Positions 16,766 to 26,371 of a stretch of DNA of 64,000 nucleotides are shown one piece after another. A program made the translations under genes and the position numbers. The notes beneath the pieces are model-generated. The model was not told the origin of the DNA and searched no databases. It saw only the letters and a program-made list of their open reading frames with translations. This DNA comes from Turneriella sp. Its GTDB lineage: Bacteria; Spirochaetota; Leptospiria; Turneriellales; Turneriellaceae. Each line of letters opens with the position of its first letter. Within the stretch, counting starts at the first letter, position 1. The DNA lies in NCBI GenBank assembly GCA_965279515.1, contig CBDIID010000003.1, positions 3,040,001 through 3,104,000 on the forward strand. Direction: 5' to 3'.

Positions 16766-18004
16766 TCAGCGCGGGGTAGTATTCTCGGGCACCATGCGGT
16801 GGATAAAATACATCATAAAAATCGTGATCGCCATGGCGGCCACAACGACATAACCTAAAATATCGTAATTGGCGAGCGCGCCGCCGGGCAGCTTGACGAC
16901 GATGAGGCCGGCAATCGCCGCCGAGATACCGCCTGAGATCTGCTGCATCGCGGAACTCACACCCATGTAGGCGCCGCGGTCTTGCGGTGCGGGCACGCCG
17001 CTGATCAGTGTCGTCGCGCCGACAATACGCGCCGTTACGAAGATGAAGAGCAGCGCCGAGATGAATGTGATCATCGACAGCGAGGCCGAGGTGAGCTGGG
17101 TATAGATGATCGCCACAACCATCGCGCACAAGGAACCTATCGTGAAGAGCTGGTACTTGCCGAATTTATCGGCGATTCTGCCGGCGAGCGGGCCCGCAAT
17201 CAGTGCGGCGATGCCGGTGATGGTATAGATGACCGGCAGGTCTTTGGTGTCGACCTTGAGGTTACCGGCGAGAAAGGCGCTGCCAAAGGGCATCAGCATG
17301 AAGCCGCCGGTGGCCAGCAATGTCGTGGCCGCAAAACCGCGTACATAACGCGGGTTCGATGCGGTTTGGATCAGGTGCTGAAAGGCATTGCGTTCTGATT
17401 TAAGCTTGAGGTGCGCGTCGACCGGGCGCATCTTGAAGAGAATGACGAGACCGACCGGCGCTGCGACGCCGACGATCATCAGGAAAGACGAGTGCCAGCC
17501 GAAATGTTCGGCGAAATAAAGACCGAGCGGAATGCCGAGCACCTGGCTGGAAGCAAACGCCATCTGTACAAAGCCCATCACGCGGCCCCTGACCTGCATC
17601 GGAAAGAGGTCGGTAATAATTGCCGAGCCGATGGAATTTAAAACGCCGCCGAAGATGCCGGTGACAATCCGCGCTGCGAGCAGCAGATGGTAGGTCGGTG
17701 CCAGGCCGCAGAAAAGCGTGCCCGCCATAAAACCCGTGTAAAAAAACAGCAGCATCTTCTTGCGGTCGAATTTATCGGCGAAACCCGCGGCGAGAATGCC
17801 CGAGAGCCCGGCGCTGAAGGCATAGGCCGAGACCACCCAGCCGAACTGCGACGGTTCGATTTTCAGCGAGGGCATGAGAAAGGCGCCGAGCGGCGAGAGC
17901 ACCATGAAGTCGAGAATGACGGTGAACTGCAGAAAGGTGAGCATGGCGATGACGAATTTCTCATAGCCGGTGAAGGTCGGTTTTTGTGCTGCGGAGGCGT
18001 CCAT
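16766..18004 (-). CDS. MFS transporter
   Basis: many TM segments; motif A variants ADKFDRKK and GRIADKFGK. Confidence 0.88.
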   Translation of the reverse strand: MDASAAQKPTFTGYEKFVIAMLTFLQFTVILDFMVLSPLGAFLMPSLKIEPSQFGWVVSAYAFSAGLSGILAAGFADKFDRKKMLLFFYTGFMAGTLFCGLAPTYHLLLAARIVTGIFGGVLNSIGSAIITDLFPMQVRGRVMGFVQMAFASSQVLGIPLGLYFAEHFGWHSSFLMIVGVAAPVGLVILFKMRPVDAHLKLKSERNAFQHLIQTASNPRYVRGFAATTLLATGGFMLMPFGSAFLAGNLKVDTKDLPVIYTITGIAALIAGPLAGRIADKFGKYQLFTIGSLCAMVVAIIYTQLTSASLSMITFISALLFIFVTARIVGATTLISGVPAPQDRGAYMGVSSAMQQISGGISAAIAGLIVVKLPGGALANYDILGYVVVAAMAITIFMMYFIHRMVPENTTPR

Positions 18005-18084
18005 ACAGGAGCAAGCGGAGGCCGGAACAGAGCGTAACGTATTTTCGGTTGCCGCAGAGAGGCGTAAAATACAGAGTTGTAGCA

Positions 18085-18492
18085 ATGCAGCTCATTCAGG
18101 CCGCCTTCTCGCTGCCCGTCGCCGACCCGCAGCGCAGCCACAAATTCTACACACGCGTATTCAGCGCAGACCTTGTGGCGCTGGATGACAATACTGTCAG
18201 CATACAGCTACCCGGGGTCAGTGTCTTTTTCATCGAACGCGAAGAGTTCAACCTGCTGCTCAAACCCGCCGAAGTCGAAGCCGATTTCGCCACAGAAAAA
18301 TTCACCTCGATGCTGAGCGCCACCGTCACCACACGCGACGAAGCCTACGCCGTTCTAAAGGCAGCGGTTGAGGGTGGTGGGAGCGCCTGCGGCCAGGCGG
18401 TGCACTACCCCTGGGGCATGGCGGCGTATTTTAAAGACCCGGACGGGCATCTTTGGGAGATTCTGTGGAGGGATCCGAAGTTCAGAGAATAG
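18085..18492 (+). CDS. VOC/glyoxalase family protein
   Basis: LPVADPQRSHKFY, PWG..AYFKDPDGHLWE. Confidence 0.85.
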   Translation: MQLIQAAFSLPVADPQRSHKFYTRVFSADLVALDDNTVSIQLPGVSVFFIEREEFNLLLKPAEVEADFATEKFTSMLSATVTTRDEAYAVLKAAVEGGGSACGQAVHYPWGMAAYFKDPDGHLWEILWRDPKFRE

Positions 18493-18493
18493 G

Positions 18494-19518
18494 TGTTGTG
18501 CGAAATGCAATATGGACATAATTGATTTACTCAAAGAAATAAGCGATTCAGCTTCAAAGAATTTGCTGAACAATCTTCATTTTATACAGCATAATCTCTG
18601 CGCTCAATCTCTAGCTACGAAAACGTGGTCAAACTATTTACAGGCCAAAATTGAACATAAAGAACTTAATTGGACGGCGGATTATATCAAAGAAGTAGAA
18701 GATTATCGAGACGCCTCTAAAAACATATCTGCCGAAGAGGTTGTGAATGTACTCAACCATACAATCTTCATCAGTAGCTATCAAATCTTTGAGCTTGGAA
18801 TCTCGAAAGTCATAACTCAGCTGTTGCAGTTTTTTCCTGGGATTTTTGAAAAGTGCTACGGGCAGATTTCGATTGATGCAAAGCTCTTTCGAACGAGCGA
18901 AAGCGTAGACGAACTAAAGGGTATTGCTATCGCACGGATAATGAAGGATCATATGCAGGCCGGTAACATTAGCAATATCCTCTCTAAGGATTTTCAGAAA
19001 ATTTTTGGACTAAATTTAATGCTGAAATCTACTGATCTTCAGGAGCTATACTTGATCTCAAGATTGCGAAATATAGCAGTTCACAATAATTCTCACGTTA
19101 ATCATATCATACTTTCAGAGTTAAAAAGGGCCGGGATTGCTCATTCTTTCAAAGAGGGTGAAAGCATTCATAATTTCTTGCAAGAGAAGGCTGGTGACTA
19201 TGTGATATACTTGGAAGAGTTATTCGGAAAAATTATTGCGCAAATATGTAATGAGATTAAGCAAATCAGACAATACGACATAGCCTTACAGGAATAGCCA
19301 TATTGCACTTCGCACAACAGAATTTACCCGCTGCGCGCGCGACCACTTCGTTGGGTCGCGTGCTCGGCCCTACGCGCCAGAAGATCGCGGACAAAGCACA
19401 AGCGGGACGCTCGTTTTGTGCTTTCCCGCGGGCCGAGCCGTAGGCGGGTCTCTGCTTGCAGTGGCGCTCCGGTCAGATTGAGTGACGGAAAATGGCCATA
19501 GAGAATACAAAGTTGAGC
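18494..19518 (+). mobile_element. putative orphan integron-like gene cassette
   Basis: 22-bp inverted repeats (18494-18515 and 19298-19319, one mismatch) flank one AT-rich ORF; long imperfect hairpin from GCACAAC (19312) to GTTGAGC (19518). Confidence 0.55.
18512..19297 (+). CDS. putative HEPN-domain protein (possible RNase toxin or defence protein)
   Basis: helical 261-aa protein with SSYQIFE and RNIAVH (RxxxxH) motifs; visibly AT-rich relative to flanks. Confidence 0.6.
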   Translation: MDIIDLLKEISDSASKNLLNNLHFIQHNLCAQSLATKTWSNYLQAKIEHKELNWTADYIKEVEDYRDASKNISAEEVVNVLNHTIFISSYQIFELGISKVITQLLQFFPGIFEKCYGQISIDAKLFRTSESVDELKGIAIARIMKDHMQAGNISNILSKDFQKIFGLNLMLKSTDLQELYLISRLRNIAVHNNSHVNHIILSELKRAGIAHSFKEGESIHNFLQEKAGDYVIYLEELFGKIIAQICNEIKQIRQYDIALQE

Positions 19519-19598
19519 GAAGCGTCAGTCAACCCCATCTAAATTCCACGTACTCAGCAATATCAGCCCACTTTTCACTTTTCTGGATATTTTATCGC

Positions 19599-19623
19599 CA
19601 CCACATAAAATGTGGTGTATATT
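19599..19623 (+). promoter_or_regulatory. putative higBA operator and -10 box
   Basis: CACCACAT-AAA-ATGTGGTG followed by TATATT, 6 nt before the toxin GTG. Confidence 0.55.
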
Positions 19624-19629
19624 TGGCCT

Positions 19630-19913
19630 GTGACTCGAACGTTTGTTCGGACCAAGCTTTTTGATAAGCAAGCTGCTGGAGCCGGTCTGACGGAACGCAT
19701 ATTACATCGAATATTTGGAAAACCCGATGGTCTCTAGATGGTAAAGGCAAGAGTGGCGGCGTAAGAATTTACTATTTTGACTACATTGAGATTAGCCACA
19801 CGTTCTTGCTTTTGACTTATCCAAAGTCGGAGAAGGATAACTTGAGCAAAGCTGAGATTCACGAGTTAGCTAAATTTGTGAAGGAGATTAAGAATGAGTA
19901 CAGTATTCAATGA
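19630..19913 (+). pseudogene. disrupted RelE/HigB-family toxin
   Basis: frame 1 MTRTFVRTKLFDKQ... stops at TAG near 19737; another frame reads DGKGKSGGVRIYY...LLLTYPKSEKDNLSKAE; the central segment appears missing. Confidence 0.75.
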
Positions 19914-20214
19914 CTTAAAATCCAGTCTCTCTGAGGTTAAGGATTTTGTAGCGGGCAAAGCGCAGCTCAAGAAAAGAGTATTGTCCATAAGGCCCGTGCC
20001 ACACTATAAAGCAAAGGACATAGTTAGAATACGTAATAAGATTGGGGCTCCTCAAGTTGTTTTTGCTGAAATCTTAGGTACGCATCGTAGAACCATTGAA
20101 GCGTGGGAAAGTGGCCAAAATTCACCAAGTGGTGCGGCCGCCCGATTGTTACAAATTTTAGACGAAAAAACAGATATGGCGGAGAACTACTTATACGGGA
20201 CTCGCACGAATTGA
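19894..20214 (+). CDS. HigA-type XRE/HTH antitoxin
   Basis: IRNKIGAPQVVFAEILG..RTIEAWESG..PSGAAARLL; overlaps toxin 3' end. Confidence 0.85.
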   Translation: MSTVFNDLKSSLSEVKDFVAGKAQLKKRVLSIRPVPHYKAKDIVRIRNKIGAPQVVFAEILGTHRRTIEAWESGQNSPSGAAARLLQILDEKTDMAENYLYGTRTN

Positions 20215-20389
20215 CGTTGTTACTGCCGACAATAAATTTTTCGCGCAGCGCTGCGTGCTCTTCTTAGGCCTCTTTCTTCGGTGCGGCTGCGGCCAGCTTT
20301 CTTGACGCGAATCGGCTTTACAGATTGATTTAGCGATCTAAGCGTCAAAAACGTCAGCGTAAAATTCACCTTCGCCAAAAACAATAAGA

Positions 20390-21100
20390 ATGAAAAAAAA
20401 ATATTGCATCCTGTTTTTACTCGCCTTTGGCATTGCCAGCAAAGGAAATTCCGTGAAACCCGCCGCCACGGAACAATATTATGTGATGACAACCTCGGGT
20501 CTGAACCTGCGGCTTGCACCCGATAAGCGCGCACAGGTGATCAGCACCATTCCGTTTGGAACGAAAGTTTCGACGTTAAAATGGGCAGAGCTTGAAGCTT
20601 CGCCCAAAACCGAAGTTGTCAACGGCTTAAAAGGCAGTTGGGCGCCTGTAACATATGACAACAAGGTGGGTTATGTGTTCTCCGGATATCTCTCACGAAT
20701 GCCCGCGCCGAAACCCGGGCGCTGTGCCATCGATGCGTATTTTGATGATAATTACGGGATATCCAAACCGGATGTGGAAGAGATGAACGTACGCTCTGAC
20801 GAAGCAAAGAGTTTCGGCAATGAATTGAAGAACTTTAAGAGAATTCGGCGGACGTATCGTCAAAATATAGTTCTGATCCAGGAAGGAGCCGACGATTTTT
20901 GGCTTCAAACCTACACCTTCAAGGATAGGACAATCCAGGAATTGTATCTTTTCGGGAGTGCCTGCATGAAGCCATCCACGCCAATCTTCCAATTGGACGA
21001 AAAAAAATCCATGCAGGTATATGGTCAGGGACCTTGCAGTTTGAGAATCTTTTTGGATAGGAATGAATCCCCGACTTTAGAATGGTCTTGTAGTGGTTAG
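20390..21100 (+). CDS. secreted SH3b domain protein
   Basis: signal peptide; SGLNLRLAP, IPFGTKV, W..V.Y..KVGYVFSGYLS. Confidence 0.8.
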   Translation: MKKKYCILFLLAFGIASKGNSVKPAATEQYYVMTTSGLNLRLAPDKRAQVISTIPFGTKVSTLKWAELEASPKTEVVNGLKGSWAPVTYDNKVGYVFSGYLSRMPAPKPGRCAIDAYFDDNYGISKPDVEEMNVRSDEAKSFGNELKNFKRIRRTYRQNIVLIQEGADDFWLQTYTFKDRTIQELYLFGSACMKPSTPIFQLDEKKSMQVYGQGPCSLRIFLDRNESPTLEWSCSG

Positions 21101-21379
21101 AGGCCAAGCTTCGCCACTGCTCATTATTTCGCCCCATAAATTTTACAGGCTGCGCCATGCCAGCGCGGTAGTTCCACCGAAGAGGTTCATGCGTACGTTA
21201 GTTCTAAAGGCAAAATCGGCTTATTTGGCAGGTCCTTCGTTTGATCTGGATGCGCCCTATCAAAGCACATAGGCATTAAGTACATCTGCAGGCGATCAGA
21301 GAGCTGAATTTGTTTACAAGAGCCGCAGCATAATAACAGCGCCCACGCTGTTTTGGACCAGATAAAAAGGAGTTCAAAT

Positions 21380-21826
21380 ATGCACAAATTGGCTAAAAAC
21401 AGGATTATTGTTGAAAAAGGTGTAGATGAGGTGTTTAACTACGCCGCAAACCTGGAGAATTTTTCCGCATGGTTTCCCGGGGTTGTATCCATCACATCGG
21501 CGAATAATTTAAAATTTATGGAGAAGGGAAAAAAATACCGGGAAAATTTCTCTTCGTTGGGTTCCCAAAAGAAGGTGATCATAGAAGTCAAACATTGCTC
21601 TATGAGGGAGCAGCTCATTACGGAATCAGAGTTCTTACCCATACTCCCACGTATGGAAATAGCCTTTCAGAAACTTGACGTGAACCGGACTGAGGTCATT
21701 TGGTCCATGTTCAGCAGAAATAGTCGTCTTCCCTGGTTGCTTTTCTTACCGTTGGCAAAATGGATAATGCACAGCAGGTCGAAAAAGGGGTTGAGGCGAT
21801 TAAAGGAAATTATGGCCGGGGCCTGA
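21380..21826 (+). CDS. SRPBCC/START-like family protein
   Basis: VDEVFNYAANLENFSAWFPG; C-terminal helix LRRLKEIM; AAGGAG RBS. Confidence 0.75.
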   Translation: MHKLAKNRIIVEKGVDEVFNYAANLENFSAWFPGVVSITSANNLKFMEKGKKYRENFSSLGSQKKVIIEVKHCSMREQLITESEFLPILPRMEIAFQKLDVNRTEVIWSMFSRNSRLPWLLFLPLAKWIMHSRSKKGLRRLKEIMAGA

Positions 21827-21989
21827 ATTTTCTCCGCAGTTGATTAGCCGCAATCAATACATTCGCTCGGTCATTCGTGACCGGGCGAATATACCCGGTA
21901 AGGTTATATGGAAATATTTACGAGCCGCGAGCCGGCACGACCACATTGTATGACATTGTCGCCGGTCTCATCTCGCCGATACGGAACAT

Positions 21990-22799
21990 CTAATTTAGCG
22001 CCGGGCGGGAATTCACCAGGTACAGAATTAAAAAGTAACCTATGCAGAGATCGGCCACAACATGAGCGATATAGGGCGCAAGAATTCCTTTTGTGCGCCA
22101 CCGCAAATAACCCAGCATAAGTCCATAGATTAACACCATGCCGTAGCCCATGAAGCCGTTGGGAAACCCCGAGGCAAAATGGATTGCCGCAAAGGCCGAG
22201 CCTTGAAGTAGAAAAACCAAAGGTTGGGCCGCAAACGTGTTGCTTAAAGATTCCTGGAGGATTCCACGATACACGACTTCTTCAGCAAAGGCGTTGACAA
22301 ACGCAAATGCGGGTATCGCCAGCGCTAAGACAATCCATAAGGGGTATGTTAAGAATGCCTGCCCCATGTTAAGCCCTATCCCCAGATTATTTGTCCAAAA
22401 TCCCCAAATCAGGAGCGCGGCTGTCGATAATATTCCCGTTAATACAATGAAGATTAGTGAAGGCGAATCGATATTTCCTTTCTTAAGCCATCCTACCGGG
22501 GAATTCGGGGACCTAAACAAAAACAAGAGGCCGATTGTGACCGCAAACGGTAGCAGAAAGGGTAAAGCCGGAAGACTCTTGAGAATGGTTGGCGCTGCCA
22601 ACCAGTAAGTATTTAGCAGACAGAAAAGTAAAGCTGTCGGCAAAATATTCCACGCTTTCCAAAAGACAGCGATGAGAGTTATGCAGAAAAAGGCGATGGA
22701 CCCCAGTCCCGGATATTGCCCGATCGCAACCACATGGGCGAGAACAACGCAAACAACCATGCCTGCTTTCTCAAAAGAAGCTTTAGACCAAGTGATCAT
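21990..22799 (-). CDS. CPBP (CAAX/Abi) intramembrane protease
   Basis: EEVVYRG, FAAIH, H...D motifs; start uncertain. Confidence 0.85.
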   Translation of the reverse strand: MITWSKASFEKAGMVVCVVLAHVVAIGQYPGLGSIAFFCITLIAVFWKAWNILPTALLFCLLNTYWLAAPTILKSLPALPFLLPFAVTIGLLFLFRSPNSPVGWLKKGNIDSPSLIFIVLTGILSTAALLIWGFWTNNLGIGLNMGQAFLTYPLWIVLALAIPAFAFVNAFAEEVVYRGILQESLSNTFAAQPLVFLLQGSAFAAIHFASGFPNGFMGYGMVLIYGLMLGYLRWRTKGILAPYIAHVVADLCIGYFLILYLVNSRPALN

Positions 22800-22998
22800 C
22801 TTTGTTTCCAGATGGTCACACGAAGGGCAGAGCTTTGCCATGTCAACTTTTAGGCGGCGGATATCCCTATGAGGCGTGGAGAAAACACGCTTCAAAGATT
22901 TTTCTGCTTTGACGCGGCACGCACGGCAGGCGCATTTGGCCCGCCGCGCCTTAAACCTCGGGAGAATCCTGTATTGCCGACCAGACGCGCTTACTCTT

Positions 22999-23430
22999 AT
23001 GAATATCTTACCATATAACAATCATGCCCACCGCGCGATGGTAATCTCACTATGGAACGAGGTGTTTAACTATAGTTCTCCGCAAAGTAAACCCGAATTG
23101 ATAATAGATAAGAAGATCCATATAAAAGACGGGTTATTCTTCGTCATGATAGATGGGTCTGACGTAACCGGCACAATCCTGGCTGGATATGACGGTCACA
23201 GAGGATGGCTGTATTCTCTCTGCGTCGCCGCAAAATCTCAAAAAAAAGGCGTTGGCACGGCACTGGTAGAGCATGCGGAGGCGGCATTAATAAAATTAGG
23301 CTGCGTTAAGATCAACCTCCAGATCGTGTCAGACAATGCCGAAGTGGTTGGTTTTTACGAAAAGCGTGGCTATAAAACAGAACCTCGCATAAGCATGGGA
23401 AAACTGATCACAGGTAATTTATCGAAATAA
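22999..23430 (+). CDS. GNAT acetyltransferase (YpeA-like)
   Basis: AGYDGHRGWLYSL, QKKGVG, GCVKINLQI, FYEKRGY. Confidence 0.88.
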   Translation: MNILPYNNHAHRAMVISLWNEVFNYSSPQSKPELIIDKKIHIKDGLFFVMIDGSDVTGTILAGYDGHRGWLYSLCVAAKSQKKGVGTALVEHAEAALIKLGCVKINLQIVSDNAEVVGFYEKRGYKTEPRISMGKLITGNLSK

Positions 23431-23440
23431 CGCGCCGATG

Positions 23441-24394
23441 CTAATACCGATCGCCCGCAACCCCTTGGTGAATCAACGCTTCCAGACGCTCCAGATGCGC
23501 CGTGCTGAGAGTGATGTCTTGTGCCCGCCAGTTTTCTTCCAGGCGTTCGGTTTTTCGTGTGCCTGGTATTACGGCAAGCTGAGCGTCGCGTGACAGAAGC
23601 CAGGCCAGCGAGACCTGGGCCGCTGTAGCCCCGATGTCTTTTGCCACCTCGTCCACGAGAGCCGTCAGTTGGCTGTTCTTTGCCATTGCCTCTTCGCTAA
23701 ACCGCGGATTCGTCAGTCTCCAGTCTCCGGGAGTAAGATCGCTTTGCGACCGGATTTGCCCGGATAAGTAACCGCGCCCCAGAGGACTATAAGCAACAAA
23801 TCCGATGCCCAGTCGCCTGATCGTCGGTAAGATTTCGGTCTCAACTTCCCGCGACCATAAAGAGTACTCGGTCTGCAGTGCGCTTATGGGATGGACCCCG
23901 TGGGCGCGCGCAATGGTTTCCGGTTCCGCTTCGGATAGACCAATGTGGCGCACCTTCCCTGCCTTGACGAGTTCGGCCATAGCACCTACGGTCTCCTCGA
24001 TGGGTGTCTTGGGATCTACACGGTGCTGGTAGTACAGGTCGATGTAGTCGGTTCTTAGACGCTTGAGTGAAGCATCGCAACTCGCCTTTACATAGTCCTT
24101 GCTTCCGTTAATCCCTTGCCAGCTGCCATCCTCACCCCGGGAGATGCCGAACTTAGTCGCCAGGATAATCTGATCACGCCGCCCCTGAAGTGCTTTCGAG
24201 AGTAACACTTCATTGGTGAATGGGCCATACATGTCGGATGTATCCCAGAATGTGCAGCCCATAGCCACCGCGCGATCCAGGACGCGAAGATTTTCGGTTT
24301 CCGAAGAGGCGCCATAAAATTCCGACATCCCCATACAGCCCAAACCTACGGCGGGAACGCGCAGGCCCTGTGTTCCAAGACTAACCTGTTTCAT
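23441..24394 (-). CDS. aldo/keto reductase
   Basis: GLGCMGMS, DTSDMYG, LATKFG, DLYYQHRVDP, AYSPLGRG. Confidence 0.93.
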   Translation of the reverse strand: MKQVSLGTQGLRVPAVGLGCMGMSEFYGASSETENLRVLDRAVAMGCTFWDTSDMYGPFTNEVLLSKALQGRRDQIILATKFGISRGEDGSWQGINGSKDYVKASCDASLKRLRTDYIDLYYQHRVDPKTPIEETVGAMAELVKAGKVRHIGLSEAEPETIARAHGVHPISALQTEYSLWSREVETEILPTIRRLGIGFVAYSPLGRGYLSGQIRSQSDLTPGDWRLTNPRFSEEAMAKNSQLTALVDEVAKDIGATAAQVSLAWLLSRDAQLAVIPGTRKTERLEENWRAQDITLSTAHLERLEALIHQGVAGDRY

Positions 24395-24415
24395 ACGATG
24401 TTACTCCCCGTCTGA

Positions 24416-25168
24416 TTAAGACAGCGTGCCGCCCGAGGCTTCGATGCGTTGTGCATTGACCCAGCGCGCATCTTCGGAAAGCAGCGATGCAACGAGGGGA
24501 CCAATATCGTCGGGAACGCCGGCGCGTCCCAAGTTGGTGATCGAAGAGATCATCTTGTTGAGCTCGGCGTTATCGCGTACTGCCCCGCCGCCAAAGTCGG
24601 TTTCGATCGCTCCGGGCGCCAGAGTATTGGCGGTAATGCCGCGCGCACCCAATTCTTTTGCCAGGTAGCGCGTGAACACCTCTACGCCGCCCTTCATCGT
24701 CGCGTAGGCTGCATAGCCCGGAAATGTAAAGCGTGTGAGGCCGGTAGAAATATTCAGAATTTTTCCCTTGTCGTTCATCAGAGGCAAGAGCTTCTGCGTC
24801 AGAAAGAATGGCCCCTTCAGGTGCGTACTCACCATTTGATCGAATTGCTCTTCAGTCGTATCCTGGAATGCCGCATGGACACCAAAACCGGCGTTATTTA
24901 CCAGAAAATCGAATTTCTCCTGACCCCATTTCTGCTTCAAGAGCCTGTGCACTTCGCCGGCAAAATCCGAGAAGGACGCCATGTGCGTCACATCGAGTTT
25001 TAGTGCCGCTGCTTTTCCGCCCGATTTTTCAATTTCAGCCACCACCTGCGCGGCGTCGCCGTGCTGCTTGTGGTAAGTTACAATCACACCCACGCCTCTT
25101 TTGCCGGTGTGGATTGCCGCACTTTTGCCTAATCCCCGGCTACCACCCGTAATTATCGCTATTTTCAT
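24416..25168 (-). CDS. short-chain dehydrogenase/reductase
   Basis: TGGSRGLG, NNAG, YATMK. Confidence 0.93.
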   Translation of the reverse strand: MKIAIITGGSRGLGKSAAIHTGKRGVGVIVTYHKQHGDAAQVVAEIEKSGGKAAALKLDVTHMASFSDFAGEVHRLLKQKWGQEKFDFLVNNAGFGVHAAFQDTTEEQFDQMVSTHLKGPFFLTQKLLPLMNDKGKILNISTGLTRFTFPGYAAYATMKGGVEVFTRYLAKELGARGITANTLAPGAIETDFGGGAVRDNAELNKMISSITNLGRAGVPDDIGPLVASLLSEDARWVNAQRIEASGGTLS

Positions 25169-25278
25169 ACTATATCTCCTATTCCCGACTCGCTCAATGT
25201 AGTTCGATTATAGTTTAATAAAGTTAAACAAATTAAGCAATTTTAATTCACTGTTCATTTTATATAAATAATTAAAAT

Positions 25279-26196
25279 ATGCCAATTATGGACAAAATTG
25301 CAGCCATCAAAACCTTTGTGCGCGTCGCCGAGCTCGAAAGTTTCAGCCAGGCCGCCGAGAGTTTGAACCTCGCGAAGGCCTCGGTCACCATCACGATTCA
25401 GGCGCTCGAAACCTTGCTGGGCACAAAACTTTTGGAGCGCACGACGCGTAGCGTGCAGCTCACTTCAGAAGGAAAAACTTTTCTCGAGCGCAGTAAGGAT
25501 ATTCTCAGCGACCTGGAAGATATGGAAACGATGTTTGCCAGCGATGGTGCACAAATCACGGGAAAAATCCGCGTCGACATGACGGGCCCGATGGCGAGAA
25601 ACACGGTGATTCCCCGGCTGCCCGAATTCTTAAAAAAATATCCCGGAATTGAAGTCGAACTCAGCAGCACCGAGAGGCGTGTCGACCTTATCCGCGAAGG
25701 CATCGACTGCGTCGTGCGGGGCGGTAAGTACAGCGAACCGGGGCTGGCGGAACGACCGCTCGGCGAACTGATGCAAGTGAATGTCGCCAGCGCGTCTTAC
25801 CTTGCGGCCTACGGCACGCCCAAAAACCTGGCGCAATTGAAATCACATAAGCTGATTTTTTTTCATCCCATTCTGGGTGCACCACAGCATGGTTTTGAAT
25901 ATTTTGACGGCGAAAAATACCGCGAGATCAAAATGGGGGGATTTATTTCCGTGAATAGCGCTGATTCGTATAAGGCAGCCTGCCTTGCAGGTCTCGGCAT
26001 CTGCCAGACTCCGCACATTGCGGTGGTGAACGAACTGAAGTCGGGCAGTCTTAAAGAAATCCTGCCGGAATTCAGGGCGGAACCTATTCCGCTGAAACTG
26101 GTTTATCCGCAGCGCCGCATGCTTGCCAAGCGCGTCCGCGTGTTCATCGACTGGTTAGAGCCGGTGCTGAAGCGGCAGCAAGGTTCTGTCTGTTGA
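25279..26196 (+). CDS. LysR family regulator, divergent from the SDR-AKR pair
   Basis: N-terminal HTH SFSQAA..L, LERTTRSV; DLIREGIDCVVR. Confidence 0.93.
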   Translation: MPIMDKIAAIKTFVRVAELESFSQAAESLNLAKASVTITIQALETLLGTKLLERTTRSVQLTSEGKTFLERSKDILSDLEDMETMFASDGAQITGKIRVDMTGPMARNTVIPRLPEFLKKYPGIEVELSSTERRVDLIREGIDCVVRGGKYSEPGLAERPLGELMQVNVASASYLAAYGTPKNLAQLKSHKLIFFHPILGAPQHGFEYFDGEKYREIKMGGFISVNSADSYKAACLAGLGICQTPHIAVVNELKSGSLKEILPEFRAEPIPLKLVYPQRRMLAKRVRVFIDWLEPVLKRQQGSVC

Positions 26197-26371
26197 CCCG
26201 ATAGTGCAAACAATATGATCTGACCCGGTTCGCGTTTTAGTTTCCGGACCTCGGCGACAAGGTCGTCTTGGCCCAGTCTGGGCACCGGCCTTTCACTCGC
26301 GGAAAAAATCTGAATAAACGCAACTTTTTCTGGACTCGGGAGTATACTGCAAGGTTTACCTTGCTCAAACT

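Noticed and set aside
18368..18511. Longer N-terminus of the HEPN-like ORF
   Set aside because: It overlaps the VOC gene; composition shifts at the inverted repeat, so ATG 18512 is preferred
18494..19319. Insertion sequence with terminal inverted repeats
   Set aside because: The enclosed ORF shows no transposase motif, no target-site duplication is evident, and the repeats hug the start and stop codons as in a cassette
21990..22799. Abortive-infection defence gene
   Set aside because: The Abi label of CPBP proteases is historical; the motifs indicate only an intramembrane protease
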